DNA from: Octopus sinensis
Taxonomy: Eukaryota
Assembly: GCF_006345805.1 (NCBI RefSeq)
Contig: NW_021835783.1
Coordinates: 1-39,118, forward strand
Length of the DNA stretch: 39,118 nt
Reading direction: 5' to 3'
This document shows positions 10,915-21,726 of the stretch, piece after piece. The notes beneath the pieces are model-generated. The model did not search any database. It saw nothing but the letters and a program-made list of their open reading frames with translations, and was not told the origin of the DNA. A program made the translations under genes and the position numbers. Within the stretch, counting starts at the first letter, position 1, and each line of letters opens with the position of its first letter.

Positions 10915-11016
10915 TTAGCAATGAGAACCTGATGAAGGCTGGAGAGTATATCAGCCGAAACGTTGTGTTAACAACAAACAAGATGAGGACAAATAACCGT
11001 CAGATGTAAATAACGT
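10915..11016 (+). mobile_element. Repeat family E, plus partial copy with intact hammerhead core
   Basis: CTGATGA (10929-10935), A, GGCTG..CAGCC stem II, GAAAC, GTT, gtgtt. Confidence 0.75.
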
Positions 11017-11034
11017 ACATTATCATAATATTAT

Positions 11035-11345
11035 CACCAATGGAGAAGTTCTTAAGCAGATAAGGCCGAAAATGTCACTAGAAGCTGGGATCACCAAGCG
11101 TAGATTGGCATATTTCGGTCATAATATGCGGAGGGAATCCCTGGAGAAGGACATCATGCTCGAAATGGTCAGTGGCAAGAGAGGAAGAGGCCGACCAAGA
11201 ACCCGCTGGCTTGACACCATCAGAAGTGATACCAGAATGGACATAGCCAATCTGAAAGAAGCGGCCCAGGATAGAACTGACTGGAGGACACTGATCCAAC
11301 GAGTAACCGAGAGTCGACTTCGACTGAGCGGATAGAGAGATAGAA
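11035..11345 (+). mobile_element. RTE-clade (BovB-like) LINE 3' fragment, copy 1
   Basis: ORF 11072-11335: RLAYFGHNMRRESLEKDIMLEMVSGKRGRGRPRTRWLDTI...AAQDRTDWR, the characteristic RTE C-terminus (YFGH, GKRxRGRP..W.D, DRxxWR). Confidence 0.92.
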
Positions 11346-11402
11346 TATTATATAATGATATAATGATAAATAATATTATATAATAGAATTAATGCATTAT
11401 AT

Positions 11403-11785
11403 AAGAGAATTAATGCATTCGAGCTTTGGGGTTGGAGAAAACTTTTACAGATTCCATGGACAGCGGGGCTCACCAATGGAGAAGTTCTTAAGCAGATCAG
11501 GCCGAAAATGTCACTTAGAAGCTGGGATCACCTAGCGTAGATTGGCATATTTCGGTCATAATATGCGAAGGGAATCCCTGGAGAAGGACATCATGCTCGG
11601 AATGGTCAGTGGCAAGAGAGGAAGAGGCCGACCAAGAACCCGCTGGCTTGACACCATCAAGAGTGATACCGGAATGGACATAGCCAATCTGAAAGAAGCG
11701 GCCCAAGATAGAACTGATTGGAGGACACTGATCCAACGAGTGACCGAGAGTCGACTTCGACTGAGCGGATAGAGAGATAGAGAGA
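11403..11785 (+). mobile_element. RTE-clade LINE 3' fragment, copy 2 (longer, with frameshift and stop)
   Basis: Translates RINAFELWGWRKLLQIPWTAGLTNGEVLKQIRPKMSL, then frameshift, then AYFGHNMRRESLEKD...RLRLSG; AFELWxWR..L.IPWT is an RTE motif. Confidence 0.92.
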
Positions 11786-12428
11786 TCATAGTATTATTCA
11801 GCATCAACATGAAATTCAAAGAGATGTTTTAAAATTTTAGTGTTTACGTTTATTGGACAAGGTCGACAGTATTCGATAGTAAAAAAAATATTTGTAAAAA
11901 CACTGAATTAAAAAAGAATAAAAACTCGCTTCCTCGGTGTTGATTCTATAGGTTTGTTACAGATGTCAAGTTATGAAGTGGTGGTGGAAACTATTTTACT
12001 AGTAAACATCACGAGTCTTGCCTAAGGCTTGAATAGCGTGAAAGGGACAGAATTATACACCCTGTGACCTGGAATTTTAGCAGCCTAAACCTCAACTATT
12101 ATTATACAAGTTTCTTTTCCACAAACCCTACCACCACACAATTTCTATTTACCTCTCTCTCTTTCACCCATACACGCACACAGGCACAAACAAACAAACA
12201 ACCTGCGCAACCAACACAAAATAAAAGACCGCAGATGTTTACAATAAGAAAGGAAATATTGTATAATGCTATTTAAACTATGGAAATTCATAAGATACCA
12301 ATGAATGAATATTCATAAGATACCAATGAATGAATATTCATAAGTAAATTATTCACTAGTCTAATCTACGAGCTTCTCATTACAGACAAGTAACACCAGA
12401 AGCACACACACTGTATGTATATACGTAT

Positions 12429-12638
12429 AGAGTGGCTGTGTGGTAAGTAGCTTGCTTACCAATTGCATGGTTCTGGGTTCAGTCCCACTGCGTGGCACCT
12501 TGGGCAAGTGTCTTCTACTATAGCCTCGGGGCCGACCAAATCCTTGTGAGTGGATTTGGTAGACGGAAACTGAAAGAAGCCCGTCGTATATTTGTATATA
12601 TAAATATATATTTGTATGTGTGTCTGTGTCTGTCCCCA
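12429..12638 (+). mobile_element. SINE family A, 5' half
   Basis: agtggctgtgtggtaagtagcttgcttacc...gaaactgaaagaagcccgtcg...gtctgtcccca, then runs into the minisatellite. Confidence 0.9.
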
Positions 12639-12644
12639 TACATG

Positions 12645-13777
12645 CACACATACATACATGAACACATATACATACATGCACACATATACATACATGCACA
12701 CGTATACATACATGCACACATATACATACATGCACACGTATACATACATGCACACGTATACATACATGCACACGTATACATACATGCACACGTATACATA
12801 CATGCACACATATACATACATGCACACATATACATACATGCACACGTATACATACATGCACACATATACATACATGCACACGTATACATACATACACACG
12901 TATACATACATGCACACGTATACATACATGCACACATATACATACATGCACACGTATACATACATGCACACGTATACATACATGCACACGTATACATACA
13001 TGCACACATATACATACATGCACACATATACATACATGCACACATATACATACATGCACACATATACATACATGCACACGTATACATACATGCACACATA
13101 TACATACATGCACACATATACATGCATGCACACGTATACATACATGCACACATATACATACATGCACACACATACATACATGCACACGTATACATGCATG
13201 CACACGTATACATACATGCACACATATACATACATGCACACATATACATGCATGCACACGTATACATACATGCACACATATACATACATGCACACACATA
13301 CATACATGCACACGTATACATGCATACACACGTATACATACATGCACACATATACATACATGCACACATATACATGCATGCACACGTATACATACATGCA
13401 CACATATACATACATGCACACACATACATACATGCACACGTATACATACATGCACACATATACATACATGCACACATATACATACATGCACACATATACA
13501 TACATGCACACATATACATACACGCACACATATACATACATGCACACATACATACATGCACACATATACATACACACATACACACATACACATATACACA
13601 CACATACATACACACATATATATATACACATAGATATATACACATATACACACACATACATACATGCACACATATACATACACGCACACATACACATACA
13701 TGCACACATACACATACATGCACACACACATATACACACATACACACAGATATATACACACATACACACACATATAT

Positions 13778-13809
<32 letters not shown>

Positions 13810-13950
13810 CACATATACACACAGATATATACACACATACACACACACATATACATACACATATACACACATAGATATATACACATATACACACACACAT
13901 ATACATATGCACATATATATATATATATACGCATGTACACACACACACAA
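12645..13950. repeat. 18-bp minisatellite (CATGCACAC[A/G]TATACATA)n decaying into CA/TA microsatellite
   Basis: 6-aa periodicity in all ORF-track translations (HVCICV, MHTYTY); regular to ~13560. Confidence 0.97.
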
Positions 13951-14432
13951 GAAAAACAAATGTTCTTAGAGAACTTTCAGATTAAATGTGCACTGAATGT
14001 CTCCAGATAAAGAATAAGATTGATTTCTTGCACCCTACACCCCTATATCGTGCTATGGGACAAGCGAGAGAGAGAGAGAGAAAGAGAGAGGGACGAAGAG
14101 TGAGGACGGAGAGGGGAGAGAAGGTACGTGTGTGACTTGATTCACAACTCAAGATCCCAGATAGTCTTTGACACACGCGAACGAAAAGACCGTTAAGTCC
14201 TTTACTGTCATATGACCAGTCATATGAAGGCCCCAGTCAGATAAAGCCCCTCCTTAAGTATTCGAAATGTGTACAATTCACTCGTTCATACAGCCTTTGA
14301 TTATTCCAGAAATCATACAAGATAATATCGCAGCAACCCATCCGCATATGAACACCCATCCATCCATACACACACACACAATACGTGCTTTTCTAGGACT
14401 AATCTTTTCTCGTTCTCTGGGCTTTTCCCCTC

Positions 14433-14466
14433 TTTCCGATGAAGAGCCTATGCTTGAAACATCAAA
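14433..14466 (+). ncRNA. Minimal hammerhead-ribozyme-like motif in a diverged family-G relative
   Basis: ttt-CCGATGA-a-gagc-ctat-gctt-GAAAC-AT-C-aaa. Confidence 0.5.
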
Positions 14467-14570
14467 CTCTTTTTTTTTCTAAAACTTTCACTGAGGCTCA
14501 ATTGTGCACATCTTTTTGACTTTTGTTTTTTTCTCCTCGTATTTATCTATATTTTTATTCGCCCCCCCCC

Positions 14571-14608
<38 letters not shown>

Positions 14609-14689
14609 TATATATATATACCTTGAACAAATCGAGCTCAGTAGATAGATAGATATTTTAATTTGGTATTCTATCTGTTCTTTTGCTGA

Positions 14690-14740
<51 letters not shown>

Positions 14741-14742
<2 letters not shown>

Positions 14743-14976
14743 CGTGATCACCGTGACCGACCAGGCTATCAGATGTAGCAACACGTCGCTGGTCACAATG
14801 CGCTTCGCATTGTTTTAGCCTTCAAATGACGCCACCCGCTGGCTAAGCGAGCAGGCCAACAGAAGAAAGAGTGAGAGAAAGTTGTGGCGAAAGAGTACAG
14901 CAGGGATCGCCACCACCCCCTGCCAGAGCATCGTGGAGCTTTTAGGTGTTTTCACTCAATAAACACTCACAACGCC

Positions 14977-14978
<2 letters not shown>
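14741..14978 (-). mobile_element. C-related SINE with a different 3' tail (C'), 5'-truncated
   Basis: Shares gaaagagtgagagaaagttgtggcgaaagagtacagcagg and ttaggtgttttc..tcaataaacactcacaacgcccg with family C; tail accgtgatcaccgtgaccgacc differs. Confidence 0.75.
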
Positions 14979-15027
<49 letters not shown>

Positions 15028-15197
15028 AACGCGCGCGCGCACACACTGGTGCGTGTGTGTATGCTTATGAATGCACAGGTTTTGAAGACCCTCCTTCCCC
15101 CCAGCATTCTCTTCTGCCCACTGGATATTTGACAAAGAGTGTGACCCACTTAAATAGTTGGGCACATGCATAGACTTCCTAAGCCCAATCGTTACAG

Positions 15198-15476
15198 TTT
15201 ACCAGGTCCCGAAGGGTTCGTTTGTTCTAGCGGTATTCGAACTCAGAACATAAAACCGAAACTGACAACGCAAAGCACTTTGTCCGACTCTTTCAACATT
15301 CTGCTAATCCTTCCCGTCCCCTGAATTCGTACATTTTTACCAGGCCCCAAAGGGCTCGTTTGTTCTAGCGGTATTCGAACTCAGAACATAAAACCGAAAC
15401 TGACAACGCAAAGCACCTTGTCCGACTCTTTCAACATTTTGCTAATCCTTCTCGTCCCCTGAATTCGTACATTTTT
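15198..15476. repeat. Tandem duplication, 2 x 138 bp, of an old B-like SINE fragment
   Basis: tttaccagg...gaattcgtacatt starts at 15198 and 15336; contains ttcgaactcagaac. Confidence 0.9.
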
Positions 15477-15920
15477 ATCAACCTTGGAAATACGAAAGGC
15501 GAAGATGACTTAAACAGGACTCGAACCCTAAGAACACAACTCGAGAGCGAAAACCCCTACTGAAAGGTAATCTAACCAAAGCCACACACAAGCGCATGCG
15601 CATTATATGACAAGCAATAACAGATAACTAGCAAGGGGTGCAATAAAGGGCTACACCAAATTCAGAAACCCGCTGTTTTACAGCGGGGGCAGAATGCATA
15701 GAGCGGGTCGTTGATTATTTTTTGCATGAAAGAAATAGATTCATACGAGTACAGGGACTCGGTTAAATAAATAAAAACGGTGAGGATTCTCAAGCAAGTA
15801 CTTATCAGTGGGTGGGGGCAAGGAAGACGTAGTCTGTGGGGTAAACCATTGACAAACACAGATGGCATAATCTCGAAGAATCAACAGACATATAAAAACA
15901 CAGGTGTAGTATAAGCTAGG

Positions 15921-16548
15921 TAAAAAGAGACCCCCTTTGGTTATGAATGACCATGGGATTGCACCTAGAAGTTTCCCTCCGAGGCACAAGGCCGGACAAG
16001 GTTGTTTATGGAAGACCAGCAGTCACCCAGACATACCAACCTCCCTTCTCTACGCCATTATATGTACCAAGGGTAAAGCGTAAAGACCTCCTTTGGTTAT
16101 GAATGACCTTGGGATTGCACCTAGAAAATTCCCCACCCTCGAGGCACAAGTCCGGGCAAGGTCGTTTATGGAAGACCAGCGGTCACTCAGGCATACCAAC
16201 CTCCTCTCTCTACGCTATTATATGTACCTAGGGTAAAGTGTAAAGACCTCCTTTGGTTATGAATGACCTTGGAATTGTACTTAGAAAATTCCCCACCCTC
16301 GAGGCACAAGTCCGGGCAAGGTCGTTTATGGAAGACCAGCAGTCACCCAGGTATACCTCCATGTTATCCAAGGGAAAGGCAAAGGGGCCGATACAGCTTG
16401 GCACTAGTGACACTGCATCTCATTTCTACAGCTGAATGAACTGGAGCAACGTGAAAAAAAGTTTTTCCTCAAGAACACAACATGGAGCCCAGTCCAGGAA
16501 TCGAACTCACTACCTCATGCCTGTGAGCCTGATGCTCTAACCATGAGC
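15921..16548 (-). mobile_element. SINE family K: tRNA-like head, central domain, 3' region triplicated (160-bp period)
   Basis: Reverse complement head ...ggttagagcatcaggctcacaggcatgaggtagtgagttcgattcctgg; taaagacctcctttggttatgaatgacc recurs at ~15921, 16081 and 16241. Confidence 0.85.
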
Positions 16549-16801
16549 AGATATACATATATATATATATATATAAAATAATGTAATATACATTTATATA
16601 AGGTGATTCTGTCTGGCTATTCGAGTTATATTTTTTAGCTCTTATTTCTAGCAATTGTAGGTGCGTGCTATTTTGCGCTCTTATTTATGTATTCTACCTT
16701 TTTGGTTTTACATTGCTTTAGCCACCTGTATCATAATGTATTTAATATATCATAATATCAATTTATCGTTATTATATCTTATTGTGTGTGTGTGTGCTAT
16801 A

Positions 16802-17250
16802 GGCGCAGGAGTGGCTGTGTGGTAAGTAGCTTGCTTACCAGCCACATGGTTCCGGGTTCAATCCCACTGCGTGACACTTTGGGCAAGTGTCTTCTACTAT
16901 AGCCTCGGGCCGACCAAAGCCTTGTGAGTGGATCTGGTAGACGGAAACTGAAAGAAGCCTGTCATATACATGCATACATACATACATTCATATATATACA
17001 TAATGTTTATGTACATGCTTGTGTGTGTGTGTGTGTGTGTGCGTGTTTGTCCCCCACTCCAACATCGCTTGACAACCGATGCTGGTATGTTTACGTCCCC
17101 GTATCATAGCAGTTCGGCAAAAGAGACCGATAGAATAAATACTAGACTTACAAAGAATAAGTCCTGTGGTTGATTTGCACGACTAAAGGTGGTGCGCCAG
17201 CATGGCCGCAATCAAATGACAGAAACAAATAAAAACAAAAAGTAAAAGAA
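16802..17250 (+). mobile_element. SINE family A, full length
   Basis: ggcgcaggagtggctgtgtggtaag (A-box-like), ggttcaatccc (B-box-like), central TA/TG tract, tail gcatggccgcaatcaaatgacagaaac. Confidence 0.93.
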
Positions 17251-17274
17251 ATATATATATATACATACATATAT

Positions 17275-17316
<42 letters not shown>

Positions 17317-17679
17317 ATATATATAATATATATATCCCTCCCCAAATAAATTGCACGTTATATTTGAAGTTACAGTGAAGCTACAGGGTGATAATCAAGC
17401 ATTGAACTATGAGTGCATTGTATCCTGCAGCGGAAACAACTGTAAGCCAATAAATGTCAAAACGTAATTGTTTATTCTGTCATCATTCTGATTTATTACT
17501 GCTCTGTACGCGACTGACGCTTATGTTCCAGAGCATATGTACATTGAGTATTATTATGAGATAATTTATTAACACCTCTATGTTAAAGCGAGGGAATATA
17601 CGCGTGTGTGTGTGTGTGTGTATGTGTGTGTGTGTGTGTGTGTGCAAGCAATTTAAGTATGGTATAGAAATATAATATA

Positions 17680-18189
17680 TCTATATATATAAACTCTAGT
17701 TGTGTGAGTGTCTGTCCCCTTCGATTTAGATTCCTAACTCCTCCCACATTTTGCGGTGCAGTTTAACCAAATTCGGGTATCTTATAGTCGTGATTCATAT
17801 CGAGCCCGTCTGAGTATTAGCGCGCGTCTACGATGAGTCTACGATTTAAAAAATAATTTAACATCATTTTTTATTCCATTTTAATGCATAATTTTTCGTG
17901 TGTCGATGACGGCGGAGTTGGCGTCCATGCTCACACCTGCACCTGTTTGCTTCTCCCCCTTCTTCCTCCCTCGTGAAGCTGTGGGGAAGGGAGTGTAAGG
18001 AAATCAACTCGTAATGCGTTGTCAAGGTGACCAGCGTTCTTTTAGAACAACGACTTCATGGCTTGAAGACACGAAAACAGAAATGGCTAAGAAAGCCCGA
18101 ATTGGCATCTATAAGGGAAGTAACTCTCTAAAAATGCTTATATAGTTATTTCCCTTAGAAACCCGAGCAACGCCGGGCGATACTGCTAG
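17680..18189 (+). mobile_element. Non-autonomous Helitron (510 bp)
   Basis: Inserted between A(17679) and T(18190); 5' TCTATATATATAAA; 3' hairpin cccgagcaacgccggg (18162-18177) followed by CTAG (18186-18189); no TSD. Confidence 0.9.
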
Positions 18190-18568
18190 TGTAATATATA
18201 ATGTACAGTTGTAGAAGTAAGCCACAGCCATGAGGTGTAACTGAACACGCTTGAACAACTATTAAGAAATGAATTTTTTATGCTCCGTTGACATTCTGCA
18301 ACAGCGACGAAAAACCTTTTCGACAATCCTCAAAATATTTTTAGAAAACTCTTTCAAGCGTGACATCTATCAACGCACAAAGTATTGCAAAAGATAAAAT
18401 AAAATGAAATAAAATCGGGCTGACTTAAGCACTCTGTTTACACGCAGAAGCACACATTCGTACAAGGATATCATTGTTTGTCCTAACGCCGCTACTAGCG
18501 AACTAATCAACCCGATGAACTTAGCAATAGAGTTTTTTCTTAATCCTTTTGTTACCCCCTCTTCGTAG

Positions 18569-18632
18569 TTATCCCCGCTGAATGCGATAAAAGAAACAGA
18601 CTTTGACTTCAGTCCTACAAAGGGAAGAGCAG
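18569..18632 (+). other. Weak candidate exon (LSPLNAIKETDFDFSPTKGRA)
   Basis: Long polypyrimidine acceptor ttttgttaccccctcttcgtag; donor cag|gtacaa; one open frame; no recognised homology. Confidence 0.22.
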
Positions 18633-18759
18633 GTACAACAAAACTTATAAGCAACGATCACTTTTTGTGACGGAAAATATATTTACTCCGTATTCTGTTC
18701 AAAGCTGCATACCAGATAATAATTACTCACAATGTAGTAAATATGTTAATTACTCTAAA

Positions 18760-18940
18760 TTAGATAAAGAGATCATATTATATGTCTTGTAATCTGTTTT
18801 TCCGTTGTTTGAAAAAAAAGTTCGTTTCCATTTTTTGTTTTTATGTTTTCGTTTCTCATTGTGTTCAACGTTTTTTTTTTGTGTTCTGTACCCATATATG
18901 CATGTATATATACATATAGATGTAGGTATGTACATATATG
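18760..18940 (+). mobile_element. Unclassified interspersed repeat family J
   Basis: Reverse complement of 29520-29690 (aaaaaagttcgtttcca...gtttctcattgtgttcaacg...tgtacccata); fragments also at ~35220-35290 and ~35740-35870. Confidence 0.75.
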
Positions 18941-18951
18941 TATGTATATAT

Positions 18952-19335
18952 CTTTTACTTGTTTCAGTCATTTGACTGCGGCCATGCTGGAGCACCACCT
19001 TTAGTCGAGCAAATCGACCCCGGGACTTATTCTTTGTAAGCCCAGTACTTATTCTATCGTCTCTTTTGCCGAACCGCTAAGTGACGGGGCGTAAACACAA
19101 CCATCATCGGTTGTCAAGCAATGCTAGGGGGACAAACACACAACACACACACATATATATATATACATATATACGACAGGCTTCTTTCAGTTTCCGTCTA
19201 CCAAATCCACTCAAGGCATTGGTCGGCCCGGGGCTATAGCAGAAGACACTGTGCCAAGATGCGCACGCAGTGGGACTGAACCCGGAGCCATGTGGTTGGT
19301 TAGCAAGCTACTTACCACACAGCCACTCCTACGCC
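18952..19335 (-). mobile_element. SINE family A, full length
   Basis: Reverse complement of the family A consensus. Confidence 0.93.
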
Positions 19336-19418
19336 TATATGCATATGTTTATATATTATTTATGTTATAATATGATCGAACGCCACGCATCCATTTCCAA
19401 ATAAGTCATATATGATAT

Positions 19419-19485
<67 letters not shown>

Positions 19486-19491
<6 letters not shown>

Positions 19492-19685
19492 TCCAAACAA
19501 GAAAGCACAAAAAAAAACACAACAACGCGAGGACGTGGAACAAATATACTATTATTGGACGCTCAGGAAAGAAAGAGGGTTTAACGTTTCGAGCGGAGCT
19601 CTTCGTCGGAAACATAGGAGAAGGAAAATCCAGAGAAGGGAAGACAGAGGGAAAAAATCGCCAACGGTACACACGCGGTCACATT
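19486..19685 (-). mobile_element. Family G short PLE-like unit (~200 bp) in (TA)n, with HHR motif at 19579-19613
   Basis: Same unit as the tandem array at 31660-32362; reverse complement gttt-CCGACGA-a-gagc-tcc-gctc-GAAAC-GT-T-aaac. Confidence 0.8.
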
Positions 19686-19688
19686 TTG

Positions 19689-19746
<58 letters not shown>

Positions 19747-20099
19747 CAGGTAGTATTATTATCGTTTTTTACAGAAATAGGTGGCTGGCAAGTTCACGCC
19801 TTTACGTGCACAATATAAAGTAATTTAAGATTAGGTAGGGTGCCCCGAGACCAGCCCTGATCGAACAAGCCTATGACGAAAGGTACACCATAAGTGACCA
19901 TCCTGTCTTTAATTGAATGTGCTTGCGTTTTGCATGCACACTTTCATTCATACGTTTGTGTGTATGTATGTATGTATGTATGTATGTATATGTATATATA
20001 TATATATTTATATATGCCAACACAATATCTTTCTGTCAGTCACTCCCTTCCTGTCTCTCCGTGTCTGTTTCATTTTACAAGTCTTTGTATGAGTGGCTT

Positions 20100-20310
20100 T
20101 TGTCTGCCTTACGGTTGACACCGCTTGAAAAAGACGGTGTTTCTTTGTTTATGACTCATTAACTTAGCAGTCTCAAACAACGAGATCGATAAAATTAGAA
20201 CCAAACAAAGTAAGCACTGAGGTCGATACGTCAGACTAAAACTCTTTGAAAACGGAGCTCCAGCTAGGCATCAGCCAATTGATCAATACTAAGAAAGGAG
20301 TGAAACTTAT
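20100..20310 (+). mobile_element. Old degenerate SINE A 3' half
   Basis: ttgacaccgcttg...gtgtttctttgtttatgactcattaacttagcag...gatcgataaaattagaacca...ggtcgatacgtcagactaa aligns loosely to family A. Confidence 0.55.
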
Positions 20311-20336
20311 GCTTATTCGCGTGGAGGGGAGCTTAA

Positions 20337-20555
20337 CCCTTTAGTGTTTAAACCGGCCCATACCAGGCCAAAATTGTCTTCCTGTTATATGCTCAAACCA
20401 GCCAGCTCTGACCTCTCACACCTACCCTACAAAGCCATTCTAAAAATAAACAGGGACATCATCAAAATCTCAGAGTTACAAGATGCTGTACAACCAATTT
20501 AAAACAATGTGATTAAACAGGCTTTACATTTGACAGTAATCTGTATGCTAAAGGG
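20337..20555. mobile_element. piggyBac-like MITE (219 bp)
   Basis: TTAA at 20333-20336 and 20556-20559; termini CCCTTTAG...CTAAAGGG. Confidence 0.85.
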
Positions 20556-21057
20556 TTAAAGTTTCGCCTTTCCGACTGGTGAACCGGGCGACAAGAGGTG
20601 AAATCTGATGATCCTTCCCAGGCAATCTCAATGCTTATAATAAATTTAACATATTTGATTAGTAAATGTATATAGAGAGATATTTCAACAATAAAGGTTT
20701 GTTGTTTGTAATTCTATAACAACCTTAACATTAGCATTTATTATAAACACACACAGACACACACCTCTTAATAACATCTGTTAACTCCCCACTGGGATTT
20801 GTACTAACAACAGTTGGGCTTCATATGTTGTAGATTACGAGTAAGAGGTGTCATCTAATCGATATATATGAGTGCGTACGCATGCGTGTGGATATGTCTG
20901 TGTATATGTATATATGAAAATAGATTTTTTTTTCTCTATCTCTAACAAACAGGTCGACATGTTTATTTATAAGTAGCAACGTGAGGCGTTCAGAGATATA
21001 CACTTTTAACACACACACACACACACACACACACAACACACACAACACACACATATA

Positions 21058-21092
<35 letters not shown>

Positions 21093-21209
21093 CAATTAAG
21101 GACAACTACTTAATAAGGAAAACTTAACAAGAAATTGTCAGGTAGATAGCGTGAAAACCTCATAAGAGAAAAGATTTCGAAAATAATTATTTCTTATTGA
21201 ACATATTAA

Positions 21210-21354
21210 TTTATATATAGAGGGCATTATACATACATGCCACACGCTAAGAGGGACAATTAGTCATTTGGTAGAAATGACTAATTGTCCCTCTTAGCGT
21301 GTGGCATGTATGTATAATGCCATCGGCATGTATGTATAATGCCCTCTATATATA
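21210..21354. repeat. Perfect 47-bp inverted repeat with 5-nt loop plus extension
   Basis: 21223-21269 is the exact reverse complement of 21275-21321 (loop ggtag); the stem extends after a 19-nt duplication. Confidence 0.95.
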
Positions 21355-21420
21355 AATATATATATATATATATACATGTAAAGCAAAGAAGTTCAGTAAA
21401 TTCGTGTTGTTTTTGTTTAG

Positions 21421-21503
21421 ATTCAGGTCAACTGTTATCAGGTTAGCGGTAACCCTTGCGATAAAATACGCTACAGCCTCGACCGCGTCATGTATCCCTC
21501 CAG
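21421..21503 (+). other. Weak candidate exon (two open frames)
   Basis: Acceptor gttgtttttgtttag; donors cag|gttagc (after 21441) or cag|gtatag (after 21503); IQVNCYQVSGNPCDKIRYSLDRVMYPS or FRSTVIRLAVTLAIKYATASTASCIPP; no recognised homology. Confidence 0.2.
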
Positions 21504-21726
21504 GTATAGTGAATGTATCAAAGCGTATTATTATTATTATTATTATTATATATCGTCCTGTCTTGTCCCTTTATGTAATCATGCGTGTCAGCCCTTGTGG
21601 CCAATAAAAAAGAATTGATTATTATTATTATTATTATATCAGATGTACGCTTTGGATGATATCACTATTAATTCGACTGTTATAACCCATACCTGGATAC
21701 TATACAACGCATCTAGCATATGGACA

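Noticed and set aside
12361-14010. 460-530-aa ORFs in five frames
   Set aside because: Translations of the stop-free 18-bp minisatellite on both strands; no coding signal.
18370-18654. 94-aa minus-strand ORF with a hydrophobic stretch
   Set aside because: Non-ATG start, no recognisable motif, no convincing splice pair.
21158-21200. Hammerhead-like ctcataa...gaaa next to the 47-bp hairpin
   Set aside because: Core has two mismatches and no stem I can form.
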